A stretch of 63,741 bases of DNA, the filler included, from Perkinsus chesapeaki ATCC PRA-425 (lineage: Eukaryota; Protista; Perkinsozoa), in the NCBI GenBank assembly GCA_013115145.1. It is 7 parts of 7 records of this genome, joined end to end, with 100 filler letters (N's around TTAATTAATTAA, not from the genome) between each part and the next. Parts side by side here need not be neighbours in the genome. Positions count along the whole stretch, not along the records: positions 38,344 to 62,500 come from JAAPAO010000551.1; positions 62,601 to 63,741 come from JAAPAO010002162.1; 5 more parts are not named here. The stretch is one strand, 5' to 3'. The notes beneath the pieces were generated by a model. That model had not been told where the DNA came from. It did not search any database and saw only the letters and a program-made list of their open reading frames with translations. Both the position numbers and the translations under genes were made by a program. Shown here in pieces: positions 50,137-63,741 of this stretch. Numbering within the stretch: the stretch's first letter is position 1; each line of letters opens with the position of its first letter.

Positions 50137-50697
50137 CTAACAGTAATTCAACGTACCACTTCTAAGGTGGAATACAAGAGTCTTGGTGTAAGCGTTATAT
50201 ACCATCTGGGTTAACGAATGATTATTGATAGCATCACCGAACAATAACATTAAATTAGTCACATTATTCGGAGGTAGATCGACAGATAAAATTTCGATGC
50301 TGAGCTTCTTGTATATTATTTCAGATCTCACAATTGAATATGTACCACGTAATTCACCAAAAGCAGGGCTTCTGAGGGATATTATGTTCCTTTTATCGAG
50401 CCTTATCTTTTTAAAGAGTGGTAAACCAGACGAGGAATTCATGAACATCATATTTTTTTACAATGAGAATAAGTTCCATATTGAAGGCCCAACAAGCCAA
50501 TCACCATGCAGCATAAAAGAACGAGGAAGGACGATGTAACTATCATTGCCAATAGAAGCTACGAAAGGGAAGAGTTGAACGCGAGGAACGCTTGTGTCAC
50601 GTTTTTGTGACATACATTGTTCAAGTGGTATCAAGTTGGTAGAAGTAATACTAAAACAAATATGCTTGTAACGCTTCAAGTAGTTACTTATTCTCAT
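50137..50697 (-). CDS. Lineage-specific small protein, copy 1
   Basis: MFMNSSSGLPLFKKIR...NNVTNLMLLFGDAINNHSLTQMVYNAYTKTLVFHLRSGTLNYC*; 5' structure uncertain. Confidence 0.5.
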
Positions 50698-51608
50698 TGG
50701 TGTAAATTCACTTGTGAGCTGTTACAAAGACGATGATGACATCGGACATTTCGTAAGGAAAGATCGATAATGGTGCCGATCGCTTGCGTACGGAACTACT
50801 CCCACTCGCACGCCTCAACAGTGAAGTGATAGAACAATCCAATCTAGGAGGGAGTCCATGAAAGAGGGTGTCTACCTCATTGAGGGTTGAATTACTAATT
50901 GAAATATCATAATCACTCCAACATGATGGAAGCGATGGGATACTAATAACCCCCCTTGCATGGAATAGATTATCTACAATCAGGGTTAGTCGTTTGGTTA
51001 ATTCTCGTGTGGTACAACTAAAGAAGAGGTTGTCGGATATCGGGGAATTCCCAATGGCAATTTTATCAACATGCCAATGCGGAGCGGCTTCGCAAAAACA
51101 TGTTGAGAATGGCGGATAAAATGAGAACGGATGAAAATCACTTTATCGTGAAATGGTACTCAATGAATAGATGACGGTGGCCAACTAGGCCGGTCGCATT
51201 GAGAATGGGCGGGAAAGGAATCGATGAGACGGTTACTATCAGCTTGGGGGCCTCCCATCTGGCCTAACAAGCTCCATGCGGTTAACAGCGGGCGAGTTTA
51301 GGGTTCCAACTCGGCGTGTCACGTTATTCCGCCAGAAGGTTACTTGGAGTTTTTACTCGACACGCACGCACAATGTGTCGCATTGAATACGAGATCGGCT
51401 GTTGTTGTGGTAGACTGTTCCGATTGTTCGCTCAGCAATTAACCATTATTAATGTGCACCTCATAGCTAATACCGATAATGCTTAAACGATGGTGTGAAG
51501 CTTGTTCGGGAGACACATGCGATGGTCACGAGAGTGACGTAGGTAGCCCTGCGTACTCGTGCAAATCCTCATACTGTTTTCTATATCAAGTTTGACGATC
51601 TGTTGGGT

Positions 51609-52001
51609 ATGACGATTAAATCATCCCTCTTTGTATTCTTATGTCTAACGGTTATTGTATTGGGCATGCCATGTGGGAATTATCTTCTATGTAGGAAGAA
51701 GCTTTTATTCATGAACTCGAAGTATGGTGCGCCAATAGTGCGGAAGATAAAAGAACTAGATAACGTTCTCTAGATAAGAACTAAGATAATAGAAACGTTC
51801 TCTAGAACTAGTTCTGTAACGGTAACCAAGAAAGCCAGTATCGAGACTTTCGCCATGAAGCTATCCCAGAATGATGTTACTAAGTTGTGGATATTGTTTG
51901 GTGATGCTATGAATAACCAATCACTTACTGAAATAGGCTATAATGGTATCACAAAGAGTATTATTTTCTACCTCAACGGTGGAACCATCAACTACTGTTA
52001 G
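51609..52001 (+). pseudogene. Paralog of 50137-50697 in opposite orientation, signal peptide, in-frame stop (or unrecognised intron)
   Basis: MTIKSSLFVFLCLTVIVLG...LFMNSKYGAPIVRKIKELDNVL*...NDVTKLWILFGDAMNNQSLTEIGYNGITKSIIFYLNGGTINYC*. Confidence 0.55.
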
Positions 52002-52399
52002 GTTTTTCCGGACCGCTGCTATCTTCAGCGTTAGAAGATCTAGCTGCTTTACCGCGTTATCACCCACAATACTTCGGTATTGCGTTTTACTTGTTAATGC
52101 TATCAACGTTATTTACGAATATCAGCGAAGAAGTGAATCGCAAGTAAATCAGGAATGCAAAGAAATATCTCGAATAGAGCAAAAGAGGGAGCAATTCAAA
52201 AAATCAATTTTGAAACTTCCGAAACTGCATACAGTATGTAGGCCGAGTGCCAACATTCGACGACACACTCACACGACAACTTCTCGACCAAAAGCGTTTC
52301 TTTTTCCAGCAAGGAAATTAGTACCAAGAGGAATTCTACAACAGTAAACGAGACCTCATGGTATACTTTATAACTCGACAAAAACACTCTTTATGCATT

Positions 52400-54854
52400 A
52401 ATTGTATTCACTGCATTAATTCATGCTGCTGGATCTTTTACTTCTGACTTTCCAATCGAAGAGGCCCCCTTAATCTCACCACTGTTGTTGCTACCTGATA
52501 ATAACAAACATTAAAATTACTCCACCAAACGACATACCTTTTTCAATAAGTCTAGAAGATGCCATCGTCGATCCCCCTGTGCGAGCGCTCTTACCAAGTG
52601 CATTCTCTAATTCTTGATAAGCTGATCTTTGAATGTTTTGTGTATTTTGAAGTCTCTAAATAAGGAAAAGTAATAATAACATGAATACATCATCAATCCA
52701 TCACCTGTATAAGTTCCATCTCTTCCTTTTCCATTGCGGCCACCAAAGCTTCAGTTCTCGATCGAAGAGTCTCTTCTTGATTGACTTTATTTTCATAATC
52801 GACTCTGTAATTCTCCAATTTCCGTAACTATATCCCCTTCCTATCCAATAATGGTATAAGCCTTTCTCACTTTCTCCTCTTCTATCTTCTTTTTAGCATT
52901 ATCCCTTTGACTTCGTATAGCATTTGCCTTATTAGAATTAACGCCCCTAATAAACAAGAGTCATCCTATTCTCCACCTTTTACATCAATAGTCATTCAAT
53001 AATAAGATCAGAAAATACTAACCTATTGCTACCCTGTTGCTTTATTGCCATTGCTTTAATGCTACCTTATGGTCTCATTGTGTATACTATTAATTAGAAA
53101 ATATTACATCTCCGTATGGAGCTACTTATAGATCTAATATATATTATAGACATCCTCAATCAACAGGGGACATCCTCATCATCATCAATTCCACAACTTA
53201 CATTTCTTTCATCCATTTTTCCTCTCTTTGCCTTTGTAATTGGACTTGCTCTTCTCGACCTTCACGTACCAAATGCCGCTTAGTCTCGAGCATAGCCTTC
53301 TTCGAAGCCTATCAGCATCAACATTAGCATTAACACTACCAATCAACGTTATCAACAACAGCAACTCTCACCTCCCTCTGCTGCCTCGCTTTATCTTTCA
53401 TATAAGCATTCTTGGCTTGGCTGGCTCTGGTTGCTTCCCATTTCTTTTTGTATACCTGAAAGAAGTAAAAATCGTTTCTATAGTGGGCGAGCAAGTCTGA
53501 GGGGATTGAGAATGCTCATAACATACGTATAATTCAACACACTTATCAATCCACTGTTATACAATGATATTTTTAATTCCTTACCAACACCTTACCTCTT
53601 CCTTGGCCAACATCTTCGCTTCATTCTCGGCACGAAGAGTATTAATCTGGTAAGCCCTGAAACATATCTCAAGTTGAAGCCGGTAAGATGCAGAATAGCT
53701 CAAGAATGAATGCTTCCCCCCTACTTTTTTCGCGTCTCTTGTATCTTTTTCCAAGCCTTTTCCTCTTCCTGTTTCAATAACGCAATCCGATTGGCCAACA
53801 GCTGTGCGTCCAACTCTGACCTTTTCCTCGATTCTTTCGCCAACTAGACAAACCAACTAGGAGGATAAATATACACGAAATTACACTTAAAGTGGCGCGC
53901 ATCTGATTCACTTCACCTTGCAGCTGAGAAGTTGCGACGCTTATACTGTGCAATTGTTGGCCTAACGGCATAACAATTATCTTCAACTTAACCCATTTTG
54001 TATCATCCCCGCTCCAACTCAAGATACCCCTACCAGCAGTCGATCCATTCAGAGCGCTTTGCTGTTGTCCCTCACGAACACTATCAACAGAAACGTGTTG
54101 TTGATTATCCATAAGATGAAACAAAACCGTCTGAAACTCCCGCGCGCCCCACAATTCCGAAAACGAAACTCCCATGACATGAACATCATCTTGTCATAAA
54201 TGCCATCATCTCCCTCCTCTGTCGTAAGCCTATCTCCTCACCTTGATTCAAATGAATATTTCGACGCTCACTGAGAAGGAAGACCACTCGATCCACACAT
54301 AACAGCCCTCAATTCTTACATGTTCATTCGTTCCGCTGTGCTGCACAGCTTCATGCCAGTCGACCACAAATGCAAACTGTCCGGGTCAAGATCTGGCCAC
54401 ATCACTTTTCTCCGTGGCATCCGATACCCTAAAGCTCATCACATAATATCTTAGGGATAACACCGCCATTACCGTGAGGAGTACAGAAAGGCTCTGGTCC
54501 CATCGATAAAGATCTTTTATTTAATCTTTTCAACAATTCACCGTCAAACCTTTCCGATCTGATATTGCAGATCATCATCATTAAGTAAGTTATCACCACC
54601 TCACCTCGATTGGCGGGTTATAGTGTTAGTGGAGGATGGCACGTAGGGCAGTCGGCCTATCAATTTGGATAAGGAGAAGATTCTGGAGTGCAGGGGCGCA
54701 GGGACTTACGAAATATTCCCAATGGGGTTCTGCCTTCGTCCAAGATTCGATTGAAAGTCTTGCCTCGATTTAAACTCATCAGGTTTTGCTCGAACTCTGC
54801 AACTTGATGACGGAAGTGTTCGGCACTAGACGCAAGGGCATTTGATTTGGTCAT
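52400..54854 (-). CDS. Hypothetical multi-exon protein with C-terminal charged coiled coil
   Basis: ORFs 54660-54854, 53774-54175 and 53581-53856, then K/E-rich exons at 52500-53500 with GT-AG boundaries; ends approximate. Confidence 0.5.
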
Positions 54855-54863
54855 GAGATAAAA

Positions 54864-54937
54864 TACCCGATGCAGGATTCGAACCTACGACCATCTGCTC
54901 CGTAGGCAGACATTCTATCCAGCTGAACTAATCGGGC
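54864..54937 (-). tRNA. tRNA-Arg(ACG)
   Basis: GCCCGAT/ATCGGGT acceptor, AGTTCAGCTGGATAGAAT D-arm, TCTGC-CT ACG GA-GCAGA, GTAGG-TTCGAAT-CCTGC; followed by TTTT. Confidence 0.95.
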
Positions 54938-55028
54938 GATGCTAAATAACTCTTAGTCCCCATCAAGAGCAGTAATTAACAAAGCCAACAGCGATACTTC
55001 GAAAAACTTATCACGTGTTGTTGTGTTC

Positions 55029-57377
<2,349 letters not shown>

Positions 57378-58189
57378 TCACTCGCCATGAAATTCAGCTA
57401 CAACACCGTCGTCAAACAAGAGCAGAATTGACAGATCTTTCCCTCTTTCCGAAGTTGCAATGATAAAATGGCAGGAACAACTTTTACACATTAATCCCGC
57501 CGCCACCACCACCATCAAAACCTAGTTGGTCTAATGATGGTCATGAAGAAATGCATAGAAAATAATTAATAATAACAACAACGATCTTCATCAACTAATA
57601 CGTCATGCAGAACAAACAACAGAAATTATACGAGGAGTATCTAAGCTTAAACCATGAATGATACGGAATAGCTCCACAATCATACCTTTGTCTCACTGTA
57701 CCGTCCCTTCAACTGTTGGTGTTCGTCCTTCTGGTGGGAATGGAGCAAACGGAATCGGTAAAGCCTCCTCCTCGAGTACCGAAGACTTACACCCCAATCC
57801 TACCCCTAATACAACCCTTATTACATTCGAGCCTCCACTGCCTCCTCCTCTAGGTTGTGTCAACATTATTGGTGCCGATAGCTCCTCTTGCCGTGATGAG
57901 AATGTTAATGATATACCCTTATACTGATGATCGAGTTGGTGAGTATAATAATGCTAATTATTACTTTAATAGCATAGTACAGCGTAAGTGCTCCTGTTGA
58001 TATCATAAATAGGCCCGATATAACACAGAAGAATGACCAGAACCTAAAACAAGAGGAGGAGGAGCAGGAGGAGGAGCAGGAGAAGGACGCACTTTAGTAA
58101 GGTGAGACTCGCCTACGAACTAGTGCAAGACGATCTATTTTAAAACATATAAAAATATCCCCCTTTTAAAGCATATATTTGTTGCTACC

Positions 58190-58818
58190 AATGTCTCATA
58201 CTGTGGAAGCATACAATGAAGTTGATATTACTTAAACGTAAGATGAAGCTATTTATTACATATACTTATTATTACCCAGAATTAACCTTAACATTATCAT
58301 CCTCTCCAAGCATCATCATCATCATCCTTCTTCCTTCACTTTCCTCTATTCCATTACCCCTAACTGATTTGTACGTATAATTCCCACTGCACAGCATTCC
58401 TATAACCTAACAACAACAACACCACCACCACAGCATCATACCGATAATAACTATATCAAATTATTACTATATAAAATAGCGCACGGCCAACGAACGATGT
58501 CATGAACGGCAATACAGTCCGTATCACTTTATGGGCCTTAGAGTCCCGTGGCCTGATTGAATAGACCCTGGTTCGATTCCCACATACGCAGTTTTTACCA
58601 CAACTCAGCAATCATACCGGCAACGCCCAGGCCGCCGAATAGTGCAAGATCCGCGAGGTTGCTCAATAGCCTCCAAAACGAATACTGCGGGCAAAATATG
58701 TACCTAATAAAATACCGTAACCAGGGTTCGAACCAGGGACCTACGATAGTGAGTGTATAACCATCAAGAGGCACGAGCCGCTACCACTGAGGCGCAACAC
58801 GTGTTCTATACTTGCCAT
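58190..58818 (-). CDS. COPI-associated / TVP15-like small membrane protein
   Basis: Spliced product MASIEHVLRLSGSGSCLLMVIHSLS|YIFC...LFGGLGVAGMIAEL|WPRD...FMTSFVGRALFYI|VIGMLC; F..F.GR..FY..G is the family motif. 3' end approximate. Confidence 0.7.
58553..58598 (-). other. 46-nt intron = antisense tRNA 3' half
   Basis: GTAAAAACTGCGTATGTGGGAATCGAACCAGGGTCTATTCAATCAG; in-frame join AEL-W-PRD. Confidence 0.8.
58704..58744 (-). other. 41-nt intron = sense tRNA variable loop + T-arm + T-tract
   Basis: GTAGGTCCCTGGTTCGAACCCTGGTTACGGTATTTTATTAG; in-frame join HSL-S-YIF. Confidence 0.8.
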
Positions 58819-58928
58819 TACAACAACTACAAGCTGATGGAAGAACAATAATAATAATAATAATAACTAGACAACCATAAATAATGAAACATAATTATTC
58901 TGGTAATGGACGTTCTAATACAAGTAAT

Positions 58929-60570
58929 TTAGCATAGGATGTTGTTGTTCCCAGTGGGCCGAATAAAACCGGTAAACACCTGGATTAGGGATAAATCCTG
59001 ACATATCTTACGTAAGTTACGCACCCGGAAGAACTTTGCCCAGAATTCCTTCTTATTAAATCCTTATATGTTTTCCCCTCCCATAATAGCCAGCAGTGCA
59101 GGAAGAGGTTTGGTATCTAATAACACAGGTAATGCACGCTTCAAGTTCGCATAAAATATTACCACCGCAACTAGACCCACTATAGATGCCAGTATTAAAC
59201 CCGATGATGCCCACGGTAGTCTATGGCTAATTGCAAAGTACAAATACCTAAGCAAAGCTTATATGACCGAGAGGATAGCCTGTTAATCTATCAACCGGGA
59301 GACCTGTAGGTCGAATCCTAGTGAGCGTGTTTTATTACACCACTGCTATCCCTCCTAGTGTCAATGTTCCAATCCATATTTGACACATTCTTGGTAGAGA
59401 ATTTCGTGCAAGGAAGAAGGCCAATATAACAAAGGCAACAATTGAGCAGACCTGACACAACCACAATGCGGTTCTAGACTGCTGCTGCTGTTGTTGTTAC
59501 TACTTACTATAATCCACGGAGTCGGTATCGAGGCCATCGAGGATTCCTGTAGAACATAATTAGCACAGTTGTATATTGCCAAGATAAAACTGAATATCAT
59601 ATAAACGCTACATGATACTATAAAAAGTACCTGATAAAAGGGGGTGCGCAAGCTGAGCTCGAAAATATCTTTTACGAATGGTCGTCTATTACGAAGACCA
59701 ATACAGTTGTTAACAACTGCGCAATGATGATCAAATCCTCTTATACAATAACCGCACTCAGAGCCTGCAAAGTTTGATGCAACACAGTGTGGTCTCCGTT
59801 CTATGACCATATTACAATGGCTCCAACCTTCTAGTCTATAAATGTGACATGTAGTGCAATAACGTATATCATCCTTAAGTGACTTAGCCGTTTCCAAGTC
59901 CAAACAGGTATTAACGTGAATTACATAGCTAATAGGAAAGTACTAAGGAGATGACAGCTCTACGTCAAGTTACCTTTCATCCGTCTCACATGCCTGATTA
60001 GGTATCTCGCGCTGGTAACTGCGCAAGATTCGAGCAATGATACGTGGAATTGCCTACTCATAATCGAGTTGTTGTAAGGTGATAAGGGAGGCTTTACTCA
60101 TGACTTCGAGTGGAGGGATGGCTCCTGGATCAGATAAGGCTGTTGTTAAAAACTCAATTATAGCGGTAATGAACAATATCTGATAAAATGCGTAAAGTGT
60201 ATTTACAAGGTGACACTCACCACAGCGATGACCATGCATGGTATAGTGTAATTCAAAGTGATTTCATTATCGTATAAAATTGCTATTAAAACCAACCCGA
60301 AGTGTATGACAAGTCCCAAAGCAGTGAGTACGGCGAGCGAAAATGATGCTGAGAGGAAGAAGTGATCGATATGATAGATAGTATCAGCTTACAGTTCCGT
60401 CGCCGCGCCGCATAAAGCCATGGAATCACAGACTCCAACATTGGAGGAGGAATGAATAGCATCACGGATGACGATTCTTCCGTCGTCTTCGTTTCCGTGT
60501 GTTCACCGTTTTCACATGTGGTAAAACGTTGTATATGTATAATCGTTGGAGATGCGACTGTCCAAGCCAA
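58929..60570 (-). CDS. DHHC palmitoyltransferase (ZDHHC family)
   Basis: TALSDPGAIP; RYCTTCHIYRLEGWSHCN|ECGYCIRGFDHHCAVVNNCIGLRNRRPF; TM exons follow; ends approximate. Confidence 0.92.
59248..59338 (-). other. 91-nt intron containing a degenerate antisense tRNA-like sequence
   Basis: Plus strand reads GACCGAGAGGATAGCCTGTTAATC...GGGAGACCTGTAGGTCGAATCCTAGTGAGCGTG-TTTT-ATTAC; in-frame join GGIAV-V-YLYF. Confidence 0.6.
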
Positions 60571-62949
60571 TCGAGCAGCGTAGCTATCTCGTACAAGGCG
60601 ACAATTCCTGGCTCGAAAGCCTTTACTTTCCTATTTCGAAACAATCCGCTTTTGATTCAGGCTAACTTGTTAGCCACAGTTAAATTCCTAAACGGAGGCG
60701 CGGCTTTCTTGCGCGTGCGGTTGTGTCCCACACACCGTGTACGTGCATGCGTGGGCGTGCGTGCAAGTCTTACGCGTGGCCCAGCCGATGTGTTATGGAT
60801 AGTGCTCATAGTTTCGATGGTGGTGCCAGACATCTAGCCATTATTTGCATTTCGCGCCCCATCCCCCCACACCCGGACGCAGGACTCGCGGTCAGTACTA
60901 CTCACTCAGTAGCAAGCGGGGCCACGAAAAGCGTGGCATCTGGCAGCTGACCAGCGAGCCATTGGACAAAGATTGATAGTTAACGACTATCAACTATGTC
61001 CTCCAGACCCACGCGCCTGGAGTGTGGTTATTTAATGCCAATTTCTGAGGCCAAAGGTTGAATCGTTACAATGCTCGATATCCCTAATGTTCGAGCCTCA
61101 CAGTCCTGAGCTTCGGCTGTTTAGGACAGTTTAAAGCCCGAATTAGCCAATGCGAGCAGCACGCACCGTAACAGCAACCAATTATGTGTTGTGCGCTGCG
61201 AGGCGCGCGTACATGGAATACACTGCTTGCGTGACGCCGCGGCGTCGCGGTACCGGACAACCTCGCAGTTATCGGAATTCGCGAATCCTCTCGTGGCTGG
61301 TAATGTAGCAAAATGCTCAGCTATGTCTCCAGGGACGAAAGAACTCCCACTGTTTTCATGGGATATGAGATGTACAACGTCAATGTAGCATAACGCCTAC
61401 TGCATCAGTCACCGGGTAATCTTGTACGGTTGATGCATTGAAAAGATTAGCGGTGTCAGTTCGAAGTAACTCGACCCACAGGAGCCAGCCGACTACCCCA
61501 TGCATTTATCTTGGCCGTTGTGTTGATTCAGGACAGGCTGGCGAAGGCGGAAATACTGTACCTGAACAAGAAAGCCTATGAGGAATTGCCGGAGAAGCCC
61601 TATTTCAGAAGCAAGCAGTAGACAACGAACTTTCAAAATAATATGAACGAGATTCAGTCGCCCGTACGGTATATTTTCTGCGGATTTCCTTTACCCACAG
61701 TGAGAGCACTCGCTCACTGAACAGGATGTAGACTACATCATGTAGTTACAATAGTTACTCTGATGCCATTAAGTTGCGAATATGGTAGACTTGAATCGTT
61801 CAATTGGTTATATTTTTCATGTATGTTCATGTACAGTATGTTATATGATGACTGTTAAACATTCTCAAATATTCTTTTCAATAGCAGGAGGACTTATTTC
61901 CCAATCCGCAAGCCTCACTTCTGTAGCATTACAAACAGAAGGCATTGAAAACATGTGAAGTACGCGGAACGTCGTCGCACAGGAGGCGCACCGCTCCCTC
62001 TGTCACCTTGCTTGATGTGACCGGGAGTTAGGTGCAAACATGCTTGTGCGCCCAACTCTCGGAGAGTTACTCAGCCGGCCAAGTAACAAATACAGATTAG
62101 CCAGGACTAATAGTCATATCCACTGGATTCGTACAACCATCATATAGCTAATTACACCATGGCTCATGAGATGCGCAGTCGCGTAGCTTTAATCGGCCTT
62201 GCAAAACACTCGGTATGCTCCCTGAATACTGAGTAAATCGACACATTCTCAACAACCTCCTGTGATAAAGGGTGTCTCCATTCAGAATAATTAGACTCAT
62301 GGAGCTTGCAAACACGGAGAGTATACTGCATCTCAGCTAGTATGATGAGACTTTACTTAATTCGTTGATGCTTTGCATCTCTTACCGAACTAAGTATCGC
62401 AGAAAAGACAGTAAACGCCATTAAGCATGGTAAGTGATTCATTAGCTTACAATAATATCAGAGCAAGTAGCAAAATAGATACCAGTAAAGTACCACATAT
62501 NNNNNNNNNNNNNNNNNNNNNNNNNNNNNNNNNNNNNNNNNNNNTTAATTAATTAANNNNNNNNNNNNNNNNNNNNNNNNNNNNNNNNNNNNNNNNNNNN
62601 TGTGGCCACTAATTAGCTTGAAAGACTGCATGGCAATCTATTAATGATTCTAATAGGACCGACGGCCAGGACTGTAGTTTTGAAAGGTCATGCGAGGGCA
62701 TTCACTTCTTACCCACTACTTCGTGGCGACAGGTAACCCAGTCGCTCGGGAGCGGCAGTTAGGCGATGCAGTTGGAAAGCTCACACGGGGAATAGGACAG
62801 GCGAAAATAAAATATGTTATCCAAGAAGGGGTGCTGACGGCAGTGCTTCAGTTCTCGGGATGAAGAAGTCTCAGGCGTCTACCGAGACCAAGAGAGCATC
62901 CCTACGAGTAATCGATGCGCCCACGATACGGACAAACAGCTTGCATGTA

Positions 62950-63741
62950 AGGAATATACAAGGGGTTAAAGAAATGGTGAAAGTGTAGGGTACCAGAATA
63001 GTAGAGAAGGCAAGGCAGAAGGTGGATAAAAAAGAGGAGAGGATCCTGAATCGTAGGGTGGCGCTGTGTGGAGGATAGTGGATAGTCGATCAATGATTGA
63101 CGGCCTCGAGAATTGTTGGGTGGCCCTTGCCGAAGAGTCTCAGTTTACGTCGGAACTCAAAGCAGTGGCGTGCTCGCTCGGGAGTTCTGCCAGATCTCCT
63201 AAACTGCTGCCAGGCATACAACGACGGCTTTGCAATGCCATCTGCGGAGAATCCAAAGATGAATTATTGATGAAAAAATGAGCCTCTATTTGATAGGAAC
63301 CGACGGCCTTCTGGATCCTAAACTTCGAGATGAAGATATTGGTATGTTATTGAAGGGCAGGAGAAGGTACTAGGGAAAGCTGGAGAGAAGGCTGATGGCT
63401 CAGTATTGTATACCAGGCAAATTGATAAGTTCGTGAGGGACTTTGAGACCTCCTTACTGGAGCACCAGAGTTGCTTGGAAGCCGCGCTGCCGTTAGATCT
63501 GCTTTCCGATTCGACCCGGAAAGCATTTTCGGAGCTGGCTGAAGATATCATTGGAGTAGAGAGAGTGAAGGGAATAAACAATAAACTTGCGGATATCACA
63601 GGTGAGTCGTGTGGGGGGGAGAACAGTTCCTCAAGAACTGTGTACTATCCTAACCTTCTGGAGCTGTGACTTACATCGTGTTTTGATGGTACTAGTTGAG
63701 CTGTCAACTTCGGAGGCTGATTATTCATGATAGCATTGCGA
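62950..63741 (+). CDS. Hypothetical multi-exon protein (incomplete)
   Basis: ORFs 63066-63281 and 63406-63669 with GT-AG breaks and helical composition. Confidence 0.45.

Noticed and set aside
54864-54937. Bacterial-looking D-loop (CAGCTGGATAGA) as evidence of contamination or HGT
   Set aside because: Embedded among spliced genes, no encoded CCA, T4 terminator present; a D-loop alone is not diagnostic.
60600-62500. Short ORFs on both strands
   Set aside because: No coherent reading frame or family signal; possibly pseudogene debris.

Overview
Intron-rich eukaryotic DNA, probably a Perkinsus-like alveolate. This is inferred from the 40-110 nt GT-AG introns, gene content and gene families; it is not database-confirmed. 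The window concatenates at least seven contigs joined by N-run/TTAATTAATTAA/N-run linkers, so adjacency across those joins is not biological. Contents: a decaying 147-bp tRNA-Ala tandem array broken by Harbinger and LINE remnants; HemY-type protoporphyrinogen oxidase; a MINDY3-like deubiquitinase with N-terminal UIM-like motifs; LTR remnants and a near-complete LINE; a tandem family of secreted mucin/Cys-module proteins; UTP11; FEN1; a MORN protein; TMEM144; a family-16 methyltransferase; thiolase with two identical tRNA-Arg(ACG) genes; a TVP15/COPI-associated-like gene; a DHHC palmitoyltransferase; several hypothetical genes; and three minisatellites. Main observation: about eleven introns in seven unrelated genes are built from, or carry, tRNA sequence. 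Most contain only the 3' half (variable loop, B-box/T-arm, often an oligo-T trailer), in either orientation, with splice sites at recurrent tRNA positions. One 108-nt intron is essentially an intact antisense tRNA-Arg gene. This suggests a tRNA-derived intron-generation route, or intronic Pol III/TFIIIC sites. A second motif, AATTTCNTGGCGCG, recurs in other introns. All gene models were assembled by eye, and outer boundaries are approximate where stated.
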